From contig JBCCHT010000045.1 in NCBI GenBank assembly GCA_039028615.1, positions 1-64,000 on the forward strand: DNA of 64,000 bases, in the 5' to 3' direction. Shown piece after piece: positions 48,417 to 58,186 of this stretch. The position numbers and the translations under genes are program-made. The notes beneath the pieces were generated by a model. It had not been told where the DNA came from and searched no databases. It was given only the letters and a program-made list of their open reading frames with translations. Origin of the DNA: Myxococcota bacterium. GTDB lineage: Bacteria > Myxococcota_A > Polyangia > Nannocystales > Nannocystaceae. Every line of letters starts with the position of its first letter. Positions within the stretch are counted from its first letter, which is position 1.

Positions 48417-49708
48417 GCCGGGGTCGCGTGGGGCCTCGAGGCTGGCTGGGCGCGTTGCTGGCCGCCAGCGTGCTGACCTGTGTGCCGACGTCCCGTGAGG
48501 GGGCGGTCGAGCCGGTCGCGGACGCTCCGCAGCCGCGGGCGAGCGTCATCGTGCCTGCGCCGCGGGTCGCCATGCCTGCGCCCCGGCCGAAGGCGCCGCC
48601 CAAGGCTCGACCCGAGACACCGGAGCCGATGGTGCTGGCGGCGGTGGCCGAGCCCGAGCCGCCGGAGCCGATGTTGCCCGTGCGCGCGCCGTCGTTCGAG
48701 ATGACCTTCGTGGGCGACGTGATCTTCGGTCGCTACCGCGAGACGGGTTACGACCCGATCCCCAAAGGAGACCATCCGGTCTTCGAGGAAGTGGCGGAGC
48801 TTCTGCGCTCGGACCTCCTGGTGGGCAACCTCGAGACGCCCTTGGTCCGCGAGCTACCCACGGGCAGCCCCATCGTCTCGAGCTATCGCTTCGGGGCCGA
48901 CGAGGCGCTGGCCGAGCACCTGCGGCGCGGCGGCTTCGGGGCGGTGAGCCTGGCCAACAACCACGCCTACGACATGCGGGCGGCGGGGATCGAGCAGACG
49001 CCGCAGATCCTGCAGGAACTCGGGGTGCAGGCCCTGGGCGCGGCGCGGGCCGAAGGCGACCCGGTCCGCGTAGAGACGGTGGAGCGCGAGGGCTGGCGCG
49101 TCGGCTTCGTGGCCATCACCACGCGTAGCAACATCAGCTCCCTGCCCGGCGTGGCCGCCATTCCGCGGGTGGAGCTGGCCGACTTCGAGCACGGGGTGGC
49201 GGCGCGGGTCGAAGATGCCCGGGCCAGCCACGATCTGGTGGTGGTGTTGGTGCACTGGGGCGAGGAGTACGCCGACGCGCCCTCGTATCTCCAGCGCAAC
49301 GCCGCGCATGCCCTGGTCGAGGCCGGGGCGGACCTGGTGGTGGGCCACCATCCCCACGTGCTCCAGGGCATCGAACGCTACGGGCACGGGCTCATCGCGT
49401 ACTCGATGGGCAACTTCTTGTTCGAGAACGTCAAAGAGGTGCCGCGCCAGACCGGGGTGCTGCGGACTCGCTTCGACGCGAGCGGCTGCCTCGAGGCGGT
49501 CGTGTTCCACCCTGCGTTCGTCAAGAGCGTGCCCACCAAGCATCCCGCCCCCGCCGTGGGGTTCATGGGCGGCAAGGTCAAGGAGCGGGTGCGCGCATTG
49601 GGGCAGCGCTTCGGGACGCAGTGGCGCGACGAGGGAGAGTCGCTGGCGTTGGAAGGCACTCACTGTCCAGCAGGGCGAGGCCCTCGGACAGCTCTCGCTG
49701 CACCTTGA
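48413..49708 (+). CDS. CapA-family (poly-gamma-glutamate synthesis-like) metallophosphoesterase
   Basis: FVGDV, GNLETP, SLANNH..D, VHWGEEY, GHHPHVLQ, YSMGNF. Confidence 0.9.
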   Translation: MSRGRVGPRGWLGALLAASVLTCVPTSREGAVEPVADAPQPRASVIVPAPRVAMPAPRPKAPPKARPETPEPMVLAAVAEPEPPEPMLPVRAPSFEMTFVGDVIFGRYRETGYDPIPKGDHPVFEEVAELLRSDLLVGNLETPLVRELPTGSPIVSSYRFGADEALAEHLRRGGFGAVSLANNHAYDMRAAGIEQTPQILQELGVQALGAARAEGDPVRVETVEREGWRVGFVAITTRSNISSLPGVAAIPRVELADFEHGVAARVEDARASHDLVVVLVHWGEEYADAPSYLQRNAAHALVEAGADLVVGHHPHVLQGIERYGHGLIAYSMGNFLFENVKEVPRQTGVLRTRFDASGCLEAVVFHPAFVKSVPTKHPAPAVGFMGGKVKERVRALGQRFGTQWRDEGESLALEGTHCPAGRGPRTALAAP

Positions 49709-50669
49709 CCACGGTGAACAGCCGCTCGATGTCCTCGAAGGCGGGGGCCCCGAGGCGCAGCCACTGCTTCACGCGTCCGAGGCTGACCTTTTCCGGGGCA
49801 CCCCCGGCGAGCAGTCGTCGGGCGTACTCGATGAGCAGGGCGCGGAAGCGCCGCGGCTCGTACTCGGGCTCGTCGTGGCCACGCGCCTGACGGAAGAGCC
49901 AGGGGCGTCCCATCGAGCCGCGGCCGATCATGAAGGCGTGGCAGCCCGATTGCCTCGCACACGCACGCAGGGCATCGACGGAGAACAGGTCCCCGTTGGC
50001 GACGATGGGAAAGGACGTGGCCTCGCGGGCGCGACCGAGTGCCACCCAGTCGACGGGCGGGCGGTACAGCTGCAGCCGCGTGCGAGCGTGGACGGTGAGC
50101 CAAGCCCCGCCGCCGGCCTCGGCCGCCTGGGCGATCTCGACGAGGTCGGAGGCGTCGGCCCAGCCCAGGCGAATCTTCACCGAGACCGGGATCGACGAGG
50201 GCACGGCACGGCGCACGGCGGAGACGATCGTCTCGACCCGCTGCGGGGTCTTGAGGATCGTGGCCCCGCCGTCGTGGTTGTTGACCGTCTTGGCCGGGCA
50301 CCCGAAGTTGATGTCGATGCCGGGGGCGCCCATCTGCGCCGCCAGGGCGGCGCTGTCGGCCATGGGCTCGGGGTCGCCGCCCAGCAGCTGCACGAACACC
50401 TCGACGCCTGCGCGGGTGCGGCCCCCGGTGTCGAGCTCGGGGCAGTGCCGGCGTAGTACCTGGGGCGCGACGCAGCGCCGGGTCACCCGCACGAACTCCG
50501 AGACGCACAGGCTGATGCCGCTGTCGCCATCACCCAGATCGGTGAGCAGGTCGCGGTAGACCCAGTCGGTGATCCCGTCCATGGGGGCGAGCGCGAGGAA
50601 GAGCCCGGGTTGGTCGGGTCGGGCGGCGATCTGGTCGCGGTGGTCCCACGCGCGCTCGAACGCGTTCAC
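49578..50669 (-). CDS. tRNA-dihydrouridine synthase (Dus family)
   Basis: LAPMDGITD, SEFVRV, VQLLG, DINFGCP, VSVKIRLG, TVHART, ANGD, MIGRG. Confidence 0.92.
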   Translation of the reverse strand: MNAFERAWDHRDQIAARPDQPGLFLALAPMDGITDWVYRDLLTDLGDGDSGISLCVSEFVRVTRRCVAPQVLRRHCPELDTGGRTRAGVEVFVQLLGGDPEPMADSAALAAQMGAPGIDINFGCPAKTVNNHDGGATILKTPQRVETIVSAVRRAVPSSIPVSVKIRLGWADASDLVEIAQAAEAGGGAWLTVHARTRLQLYRPPVDWVALGRAREATSFPIVANGDLFSVDALRACARQSGCHAFMIGRGSMGRPWLFRQARGHDEPEYEPRRFRALLIEYARRLLAGGAPEKVSLGRVKQWLRLGAPAFEDIERLFTVVKVQRELSEGLALLDSECLPTPATLPRRATASRSAAPMRAPAP

Positions 50670-50971
50670 GGCTCGTCCTCGACCAGCTCGAGGTCGAGCT
50701 GCTGATCGAGGTCGGCGGACCACGGCACGAAGAGCAATTCGTAGCAGCGGACCTGCTCGATGTTGCCCTTGGCGCTCTTGCGACGAACCCGACGGCCGAC
50801 GTAGCCGCCCGGGGTCAGCCGGCGCTGGCCCAGCAGCGACCAGAACTCTTGCTCGATCTGCTCGACGACGAAGCCCCGATCCTCGAGCGCGTCGACGACC
50901 TCGCCCATGGTCACGCCGCGTTCATCGGCGTCCTGGGTGAACTCGAGGATGGCGAGAGCGAGCGGGGACAT
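50666..50971 (-). CDS. Small hypothetical protein (possible winged helix)
   Basis: Compact ORF whose stop overlaps the dus start (GTGA). Confidence 0.55.
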   Translation of the reverse strand: MSPLALAILEFTQDADERGVTMGEVVDALEDRGFVVEQIEQEFWSLLGQRRLTPGGYVGRRVRRKSAKGNIEQVRCYELLFVPWSADLDQQLDLELVEDEP

Positions 50972-51041
50972 GCGGGGCGCAGCATGGATCCTGGCGGCAC
51001 GCGGCACAAGAGCGCGTCCGGCAGCAGGGCAAACGCCTCGC

Positions 51042-51851
51042 TCAGGGCGAAAAGGCCGGATCGTTCGTGATCAGCACCCGGGCCACGGCGGCGACGTCCC
51101 CGATGTCTTGCCCGTCGACCTGGTGGTCGCCGGACTCACGATTGGTCATGTGGAACAGGTGCGTGCCCGGCTCCAGCGTCACGCTCACCGTGGATGGGCT
51201 GAGGCAGAACTCGTTGTCCATGGCGCGAAGCCACCTCCACGTGGACCCGCTCTTGCTGATGTCGGACAGCTCGCACCCGTACAGCCAGTTGACGAAGGAG
51301 TTCGCGTTGAAGGCGACGCGAAACGAGTCGGGGTCGCCGCGAACTCCTTGGGATCCGATGCCGGTGCTCGGGTCGTGCACGTAGGCCCAGGCGTAGTACT
51401 CACCGGGGCACTGGACTTGGAACTGGAAGCTGGCCGTGCCCGCGAGCTCAGACTCGGAGTATGCGTACGCACCGACGCCGGGGACGCTGCCGAGCATCAT
51501 CTCGGCGTTGCGCATGGCGTCCGCCGCCCCGACTTCGAGCATCACCGTGGGGGCGGGGTCGCAGGGGTCGGCGGGAGGTCCGGTGGTGGACTCTTCCGAG
51601 CTGGAGCCCTCCGCCGTTTCGTCCGCGCCGGTCGTGGTCGAGGGCTCGAGGGTCGTCGTCCCGCTTGCACCATCGTCTCCGGTGGGGACGGTCGCGGGGC
51701 CCGTGCTCCCGGTGGCCGCGGTGTCGTTGGTGTCGGTCGCCGAGGCCTCGGGCGTCGAGCCGGTGGCCGTGCCGAAACCGGAGGTATTGGGCCCGCACGC
51801 CATGCTCCCGACCGCGACGAATCCCGCGGTGATGGCCATGAACTTCCACAT
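51042..51851 (-). CDS. Hypothetical lipoprotein with Thr/Ser linker and beta-sandwich-like domain
   Basis: Lipobox SMAC; PGEYYAW, DSFRV, LEPGTH..TNRE. Confidence 0.65.
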   Translation of the reverse strand: MWKFMAITAGFVAVGSMACGPNTSGFGTATGSTPEASATDTNDTAATGSTGPATVPTGDDGASGTTTLEPSTTTGADETAEGSSSEESTTGPPADPCDPAPTVMLEVGAADAMRNAEMMLGSVPGVGAYAYSESELAGTASFQFQVQCPGEYYAWAYVHDPSTGIGSQGVRGDPDSFRVAFNANSFVNWLYGCELSDISKSGSTWRWLRAMDNEFCLSPSTVSVTLEPGTHLFHMTNRESGDHQVDGQDIGDVAAVARVLITNDPAFSP

Positions 51852-51959
51852 CGGCGCGAGCAGCGTACCACGCGGCGGCGACCTTGCGCGGCTTCGCTCC
51901 ACGAGGATGACCCCTCGGACTGGACGCCACGCGCATACACCACGATGATCGATGGACCC

Positions 51960-53342
51960 ATGGTGGACCTGTCCCCCGCGGTCCCCTCGATGTCGTTGCT
52001 CACGGTGTCGCTGGGACTGGCGCTGTCGCTCGGATGTAGCGGGTCGTCGCTCGATGAAGCGGTCGCGCTCCCCGGCGTCGGCACCGACGAGAGCACGACG
52101 ATGGGGGCAGACGACGGCGTCGCGATGAGCACGGGAGGCGCCGAGTCCGGGGCGGAGGATCCAGTGCCGGGGGTCTGTGCCCCCGGTTGCCAGATCACGC
52201 TGCCCCCGGATTGGGTCTACGAAGGCGACGATGATCCCAACCGCTTCGAACCGGGGACGCATCGGGTGCCCGGCCTGCTCCGCGATCCCGACGGCAACTT
52301 GCTCGTGGCCGATCAACGCGGCGACTGGTCGACCTTGATCAGTCTCGATCCGCAGGGGCGCCTACGATGGCACCGGCCGCTGCCGCTGGGTTGCGACCTG
52401 TGCACCTTGAACGGGATGTCGTGGCACCCGGAAGGCGAGCTGATGCTCAGCGCGACCGGCTGGGCGATCGACGGCGGCTTCTCGCTGTTGGCGGGACGCT
52501 ACGACGTCGAGGCGGACGCCCTGGTGTGGGAGACGACGTCGCCGCTGTTCTTCCACGACGGCACGGCCAATCGCGGCGGAGAGATCACCGTCGTCTCGGA
52601 CATCCTCACCGCGCAGATCTTCCAGTGGCGCCCGGCGGGGGCGGGCAAGCAGCAGATCACGTCGTTGATGATCTACGGCGTCGATGGGGTGGCGATCGAA
52701 AGCCCGGTGCTGAGCAGCGACATCAACCAGCAGGTGCACTGGCCATTCATGGTGCGGACCACGGGCGCGGGCGATGTCGTCGCCGCGTACCCGCGGGGCT
52801 TCGACACCAACGCCTACGGGGTCATCGAGCGCATTCCGGTGCCGTTTTGGGGGGCGGGCTTCAACAGGAGCGTCGCCGATCCCTTCGACGACATCGAGAT
52901 CGACGACCGAGACCACACGCTCGAGCTGTTCCATACCTTCGACGGCGAGGCGATGCGGGCGGTGCTGCTGGACCGGGAGTCCACCGACTTCGAGACGACG
53001 TGGGCGGCCACGGTGAAGATTCCCAGTCGGGTCGATGGTCGCGGCAGCCTGGCGATTGGGCCCCAGGGAGAGCTCTATGCCGTCTATCAGAGCTACCAGG
53101 CGGTCGAGGTTCCCCCCGAGACCCCGCCCGAGCTGTCACCCGAGCCGCTGTCGGGCCTGACCTTCGTGCGCTGGAGCCCGCAGGGTGACCAACGCTGGGT
53201 CACCACCGTGCTCATGGATCTGACGTGGAGCCCGTCTCCGCCCGCGATGCTCGTCGACGACGACGGCGGCATCGTGGTGGCCTCGATCGTCGACGACCGG
53301 CTGCGGGTCGAACGTCGCACGCAACGGTGCGCATGCCCATGA
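51960..53342 (+). CDS. Lipoprotein, tandem paralog 1 (beta-propeller-like)
   Basis: Lipobox SLGC; CAPGC; CDLC; C-terminal CACP. Start uncertain (51945-51990). Confidence 0.7.
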   Translation: MVDLSPAVPSMSLLTVSLGLALSLGCSGSSLDEAVALPGVGTDESTTMGADDGVAMSTGGAESGAEDPVPGVCAPGCQITLPPDWVYEGDDDPNRFEPGTHRVPGLLRDPDGNLLVADQRGDWSTLISLDPQGRLRWHRPLPLGCDLCTLNGMSWHPEGELMLSATGWAIDGGFSLLAGRYDVEADALVWETTSPLFFHDGTANRGGEITVVSDILTAQIFQWRPAGAGKQQITSLMIYGVDGVAIESPVLSSDINQQVHWPFMVRTTGAGDVVAAYPRGFDTNAYGVIERIPVPFWGAGFNRSVADPFDDIEIDDRDHTLELFHTFDGEAMRAVLLDRESTDFETTWAATVKIPSRVDGRGSLAIGPQGELYAVYQSYQAVEVPPETPPELSPEPLSGLTFVRWSPQGDQRWVTTVLMDLTWSPSPPAMLVDDDGGIVVASIVDDRLRVERRTQRCACP

Positions 53343-54628
53343 TGCGCAGGCGGGCGTGGGCGTGGGCGTGGAGCCTGGCCGGTCTGCTGGGCTGCGGCGA
53401 TGCCTCCCTCGATGGGACCGCGTCCGCGACCGCTTCGACCTCGTCCGGCGCGAGCGAGTCGAGCGGAGGCGAGTCGAGCACGGGCACGCCGCCCGTCGAG
53501 ATCTGTGATCCCGGCTGTCGGCCGCGGCTGGACCCGACCTGGAGCTTCCAGGGGGAGCCCGGGACCCAGGGGGTGGCCGCGCTGCTGCTCGGGGCGGACG
53601 GGGCTCCGCTGACCGCCGTGCAGCGGTCGAACGGGACCCTCGAGCTCGTGAGCCTGGGGGCGGACGGGGCGTTGGATCGAATCTTCGCGCCGCAGCTGCC
53701 CTGCGATCAGTGCGTGCTGGGGGACATGGCGCTGCACCCCTCCGGGGACTTGATCCTCAGCGTCACCGACCTCGACTCGCCGTGGAACTCGTCGGCGGTG
53801 CTCGCTCGATTCTCGGCCGAGGAAGGGGCGCTGCGATGGGCTCGCAACACGTTCTTCAGCGACCAGGGGACGGGGCGGGGGCGCGCGGGAGGGCTGGCCG
53901 TGCTCGACGACGACCGCCTCGTGCAGCTGATGCTCAGCGAGCAAGGCGACAGCGAGCTGATGTGGCTCCACGAGTCCGATGGCGAGGGGCAGTTCCGGCT
54001 CTCGCGGACCGTGTTCAACCAGATCCCGACCCAGCAGTGGTGGCCGATGCTCGCCGCGGCCAGCCCGGGTGGAGAGCTCATCATCTCGCATACCGGGTTG
54101 GACCTCGACTTCGAGGTCCCGGTCACCATCGGCCGGACGCGGCGGCTGCTGCCCCCCAACTACGATTTCCTCAGCGAGCGGCGGCTGCCGTTTTGGCTCG
54201 ATGACCTGAAGCTCGACAGCCGAGGCAACCGGCTCGAGATGGCGCGCAGCGAGGATGTCGAGACCATCACGTTGTTGCTCACCAGTCGCAGCGCCTCGGA
54301 TGTCGAGCGCTGGGATCTGTCTCTGCCCCTGGTGTCGACGTCCAGCACTCGGGCCATGCTCGCGGTGGGGCCCGACGACGACGTCTACATCGCTGCTCGG
54401 ACTTCGCCCCGAGGGGCCTCCCAGGACTTCTTCGTCGTCGAGCTGTCGGTGACCCGGATCTCGAGCGACGGAGAGATTCGCTGGCAGGCCTCGCTGCCCT
54501 TGGACATCCGAGCGAGCGTGGATCCGCTGCGCGTCGCCATCGACGACGAAGACGGCATCGTGGTGGCCACGGTGGTTCAGGGGCGCCTGTCCGTCGCTCG
54601 CTTCGAGCAGGGGTGTGCATGCGAGTGA
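53339..54628 (+). CDS. Lipoprotein, tandem paralog 2
   Basis: Lipobox LLGC; CDPGC; CDQC; C-terminal CACE; ATGA overlap with the previous gene. Confidence 0.72.
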   Translation: MMRRRAWAWAWSLAGLLGCGDASLDGTASATASTSSGASESSGGESSTGTPPVEICDPGCRPRLDPTWSFQGEPGTQGVAALLLGADGAPLTAVQRSNGTLELVSLGADGALDRIFAPQLPCDQCVLGDMALHPSGDLILSVTDLDSPWNSSAVLARFSAEEGALRWARNTFFSDQGTGRGRAGGLAVLDDDRLVQLMLSEQGDSELMWLHESDGEGQFRLSRTVFNQIPTQQWWPMLAAASPGGELIISHTGLDLDFEVPVTIGRTRRLLPPNYDFLSERRLPFWLDDLKLDSRGNRLEMARSEDVETITLLLTSRSASDVERWDLSLPLVSTSSTRAMLAVGPDDDVYIAARTSPRGASQDFFVVELSVTRISSDGEIRWQASLPLDIRASVDPLRVAIDDEDGIVVATVVQGRLSVARFEQGCACE

Positions 54629-55962
54629 AGCGGAACGTCTTGGCGGCAGCCGCGAGCGTGGGGCTCTTCGCGTGCGGGGACCACTCGCTCGATGCCACCT
54701 CCACCGCGGGGTCGGAGAGCACGGGCGCGACGGTGGGCGCCACGGACTCGAGCTCGTCGGGGGTGACGGTGAGCATGGAGGGCGGAACGCCCGACCTGCC
54801 GCCCCCGGACGCGGGTTTCTGCCCTCCCGGGTGCGACGTGGAGCTGGACACGCGGTGGACCTTCCGCGGAGAGTTTCCCGATCCGCAGCGCCGCGAGACG
54901 GTCATCCATCAGCTGCACGCCATGACCTCGGTCTTCGACGACACGCTGATGGTGGCCGAGGGGCGGGGCCCGGACGTGTGGATCTCTCGCATCTCGCGGG
55001 CGGGGAACCTGCTGTGGTCCGAGCGCTTGCCCGTCAGCTTCCCTGCCCAGATCCGGGACCTGAGCGCGGGGCCGAGGGGCACCATCTGGTACAGCGGCAC
55101 GGCGCAGCTGGGCTTCACCGGGGGCATCCCGGTCATCCTCTACGGCCAGTTTTCCTTCACCGACATCTTCGACAGCGAAAACCACTGGACGCAGCTACAA
55201 GGGATCCCCGAGGTGCTGCCGCGGGTCGGGTCGATCGTGCCCTTCAACGAGCAGCGGGCCGGGCTCGCCATCATCGACCGGCTCGGCTTCGACGGTCGAT
55301 CGGGCACGGAGCGCATCGACGTGCTCGACCTCAACCGTAGCGGTGCCATCGACAACATCCGCTTCATCACGTCGCAATCGGAGACCAACCCGCACGGCGA
55401 TCCGGTCGCGGCCCCGGTCGGCGAGAACTCGGCCATGGCCTACCCGTCGTTCACCGGGCTCCAGGACCAGGGCTATGCGGTGTGGATCGAAAACGCATTC
55501 CTCGCCGTTCGTGATGCGGTGGCCTTGCCGGGGGCGCCCGACGACATCGCGGCGACCCCCACCGGGCGGGCGGTCGTGGTCAGCCACCAGTGGAACGGGG
55601 CGCAGCTCGAGGTCTTCGTCGACGAGACGGCGCTCGAGCTGCCCTTGCAGTGGGAGTTCCGGGCGGTCATCGACTCCACCGTCGAGGGGCGCTCCGAGAT
55701 CGTGGTCGACGAGGACGGCACCGTGATCGTGGCCGTGCCCGCGACCCGCCGCGTGAACGGAGAGCTTCGCTCCCGGGTCGAGTTCATCGCGTTGACGCCC
55801 GACGGCCAGGTGTACTGGAACGAGACGCTCCCCTTGCCCTTCTTGCCGGGGGAGCGCCCCATCTCGCTGGAGCTGTCGGCCGACGGCCTGCTGCAGCTGG
55901 GCGCGACCGTCAACGATCGCGTGCGCGTCGATCAGGTCGAGCCCCTCTGCGTCTGCGAGTGA
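54625..55962 (+). CDS. Lipoprotein, tandem paralog 3
   Basis: Lipobox LFAC; CPPGC; C-terminal CVCE; GTGA overlap with the previous gene. Confidence 0.72.
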   Translation: MKRNVLAAAASVGLFACGDHSLDATSTAGSESTGATVGATDSSSSGVTVSMEGGTPDLPPPDAGFCPPGCDVELDTRWTFRGEFPDPQRRETVIHQLHAMTSVFDDTLMVAEGRGPDVWISRISRAGNLLWSERLPVSFPAQIRDLSAGPRGTIWYSGTAQLGFTGGIPVILYGQFSFTDIFDSENHWTQLQGIPEVLPRVGSIVPFNEQRAGLAIIDRLGFDGRSGTERIDVLDLNRSGAIDNIRFITSQSETNPHGDPVAAPVGENSAMAYPSFTGLQDQGYAVWIENAFLAVRDAVALPGAPDDIAATPTGRAVVVSHQWNGAQLEVFVDETALELPLQWEFRAVIDSTVEGRSEIVVDEDGTVIVAVPATRRVNGELRSRVEFIALTPDGQVYWNETLPLPFLPGERPISLELSADGLLQLGATVNDRVRVDQVEPLCVCE

Positions 55963-55981
55963 GCCCGACCTTCACTGCTGG

Positions 55982-57946
55982 CTAGTCTACCGACCACCCG
56001 CAGGTGCGGCCCTTGTTCTGCTCGGCGAGGTAGCCGGCCAGGGGCTCGAAGTACTCGATGAGCGCCGAGGCATCCATCTCGCGGGTGCCGGTCAGCTTCT
56101 CGAGGGCGTCGGGCCAGGGCTTGGAGGCACCCATGGCGAGCATGGCCTGGAGCTTCTTGCCCGCCTCCTTGCTCTCGTAGATCGAGCACTCGTGCAGCGG
56201 ACCGGTATGCCCCGAGGCCTGGCACATGGCCTTGTGGAACTGGAACTGGAGGATGTGCGCGAGGAAGTAGCGCGCGTACGGGGTGTTGGCCGGGATGTGG
56301 TACTTGGCGCCCGGATCGAAGTGCTCTTCGCCACGGGGGCTGGGAGCGCCCACGCCCTGGGCCTTGGCCCGCAGCGTCCACCAGTCGGCGTTGTAGGTCT
56401 CGGGCGTGGTCTTGCCGGAGAACACGTCCCAGCGCCACTGGTCGATGATCATGCCGAAGGGCAAAAACGAGATCTTCTGCAGTGCGTCCTGCATCTGCTT
56501 GTTGATCACGCCCTTGTCGTTGCTGCTGATGGTCGACAAAAGGCCGATCTTCTTGAGGTAGGCCGGGGTGATCGACAGCGCGATGGCATCGCCGATGGCC
56601 TCGTGGAAGCCATCGTGGGCGCCGCTCTGAAAGAGCGCGGGCATCGTGTAGTAGTTGTTGTAGTAGTAGTGATGCCCGAGCTCGTGGTGCACGGTCACGA
56701 AGTCTTCGTGATCGATCTTGATGCACATCTTGATGCGCAGGTCGTTGTTCATGCCCACGTCCCAGGCGCTGGCGTGGCACACCACCTCGCGGTCCTCGGG
56801 CTTCTTGAACAGCGAGCGCTCCCAGAAGGTCTCCGGCAGGGAGTTGAGGCCTAGCGAGGTAAAGAAGCTCTCGCCCGCGCGGACCATCTTCAGCTCGTCG
56901 TAGCCGGCGCCCTGCAGGGCCTTGGTCACGTCGAGGCTGGGCTCGCCGGGGTAGGGCTCGAGCCAGGGGTACAGCGCGGCCCAGTCCTGCGCCCACATGT
57001 TCCCGGTGAGGTGGGCGGGGATGAGGCCGTCCTCGGGCACCTCGTCGCCGTACTTTTCGTGCAGCTGGGCGCGGACGTGGCAGTGCAGCGCGTCGTACAG
57101 CGGCTTGACCTGGTCCCACAGTCGCGCGACCTCCTGCTCGAAGGCCTCGGGGCTCATGTCGTAGCGCGAGCGCCACAGCTCACCGACGTCGGCGTAGCCG
57201 ATGGCCTTGGCGCCCTCGTTCCCCAGCTCCACGAAGCGCTGGTACTTGTCGCGCATCGGCACGGAGACGGTGCGCCAGCGCTCCCACGCGTCGCGCTGCG
57301 CCTTGGCGTCGGTCGCCTTGCCCGCCTCGTCGCTGAGGATCGCGCTCAGCGCTCCGAGGTCCTGGCAGGTGTCGGGCTTGGACTCGTCCTCGCACCACTT
57401 GCCCTTGCCGTACATGCCCTCGAGGTTGGCGCTGATGGTGGCCAGCTCCTTGCGCTTGGCCTCGTTGTCGGGGGCGGGCAGCGTCGAGGTCAGCTTCAGC
57501 AGCTTGATCTGCCGCAGCACGTCCTCGTCGCCCTCGGTCATCCCGTCGTAGCGCGTGGCCAGCTGGATCGCCTGGGTCTCGTAGGCCATGGTCGCCGCGT
57601 TGGCCTCGGCGGCCGCGGCCTCGTGCTCGTCGGTGATGTCGGTCGCCTTGGTCCACTCGGCCTCGGCGCCCTTGGTCCACAGCTCGCGGAGCTTGGCGTC
57701 GACGTCCTGGGCGAACTTCTTCGCGTCGTCGGCCGTGGGCTTGGGGGCGGCGTCGACCAACGCCTTGGTGTTGATCTTGAGCTTCTCGGACTCGTCGACC
57801 GCGTCTTCCCCGGCCTTGGCCGTCTTTTTGGCGTCTTTGTTGCCCTTCCCGGCCTTGCCTCCCGCACCGCCACAGGCGACGGAGGACAACGCGAACAGGG
57901 CGAGGGTCACCGAGGAGAACGTTCGAGTCGCGCGATTCACCGACAT
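55982..57946 (-). CDS. M2-family metallopeptidase (ACE-like peptidyl-dipeptidase A), lipoprotein
   Basis: IPAHLTGNMWAQ, VCHASAWD, HHELGH, GFHEAIGD, FDPGAKYH, QFQFH. Confidence 0.94.
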   Translation of the reverse strand: MSVNRATRTFSSVTLALFALSSVACGGAGGKAGKGNKDAKKTAKAGEDAVDESEKLKINTKALVDAAPKPTADDAKKFAQDVDAKLRELWTKGAEAEWTKATDITDEHEAAAAEANAATMAYETQAIQLATRYDGMTEGDEDVLRQIKLLKLTSTLPAPDNEAKRKELATISANLEGMYGKGKWCEDESKPDTCQDLGALSAILSDEAGKATDAKAQRDAWERWRTVSVPMRDKYQRFVELGNEGAKAIGYADVGELWRSRYDMSPEAFEQEVARLWDQVKPLYDALHCHVRAQLHEKYGDEVPEDGLIPAHLTGNMWAQDWAALYPWLEPYPGEPSLDVTKALQGAGYDELKMVRAGESFFTSLGLNSLPETFWERSLFKKPEDREVVCHASAWDVGMNNDLRIKMCIKIDHEDFVTVHHELGHHYYYNNYYTMPALFQSGAHDGFHEAIGDAIALSITPAYLKKIGLLSTISSNDKGVINKQMQDALQKISFLPFGMIIDQWRWDVFSGKTTPETYNADWWTLRAKAQGVGAPSPRGEEHFDPGAKYHIPANTPYARYFLAHILQFQFHKAMCQASGHTGPLHECSIYESKEAGKKLQAMLAMGASKPWPDALEKLTGTREMDASALIEYFEPLAGYLAEQNKGRTCGWSVD

Positions 57947-58186
57947 GTCGCGCGGACGCTAACTCTCCAAAACTGCCCTTGGCAAACGACTCGAGCACAA
58001 ACCGGCCCAGGGCCGATCATCGGGGCCGCGCGGCGCTTGGTCGGCGCACGTTCTCCACTGCGAAGCGAACCTCGCAGGGGGCCGCGAAGACCGATGATGC
58101 CTATATCGACGGCACCATTGGTATCCGCGGTCACCCATTGACCCTCGCTCAGCCGCGGCCTCGGGCGCCGAGGGCGGAAGCGGAGC

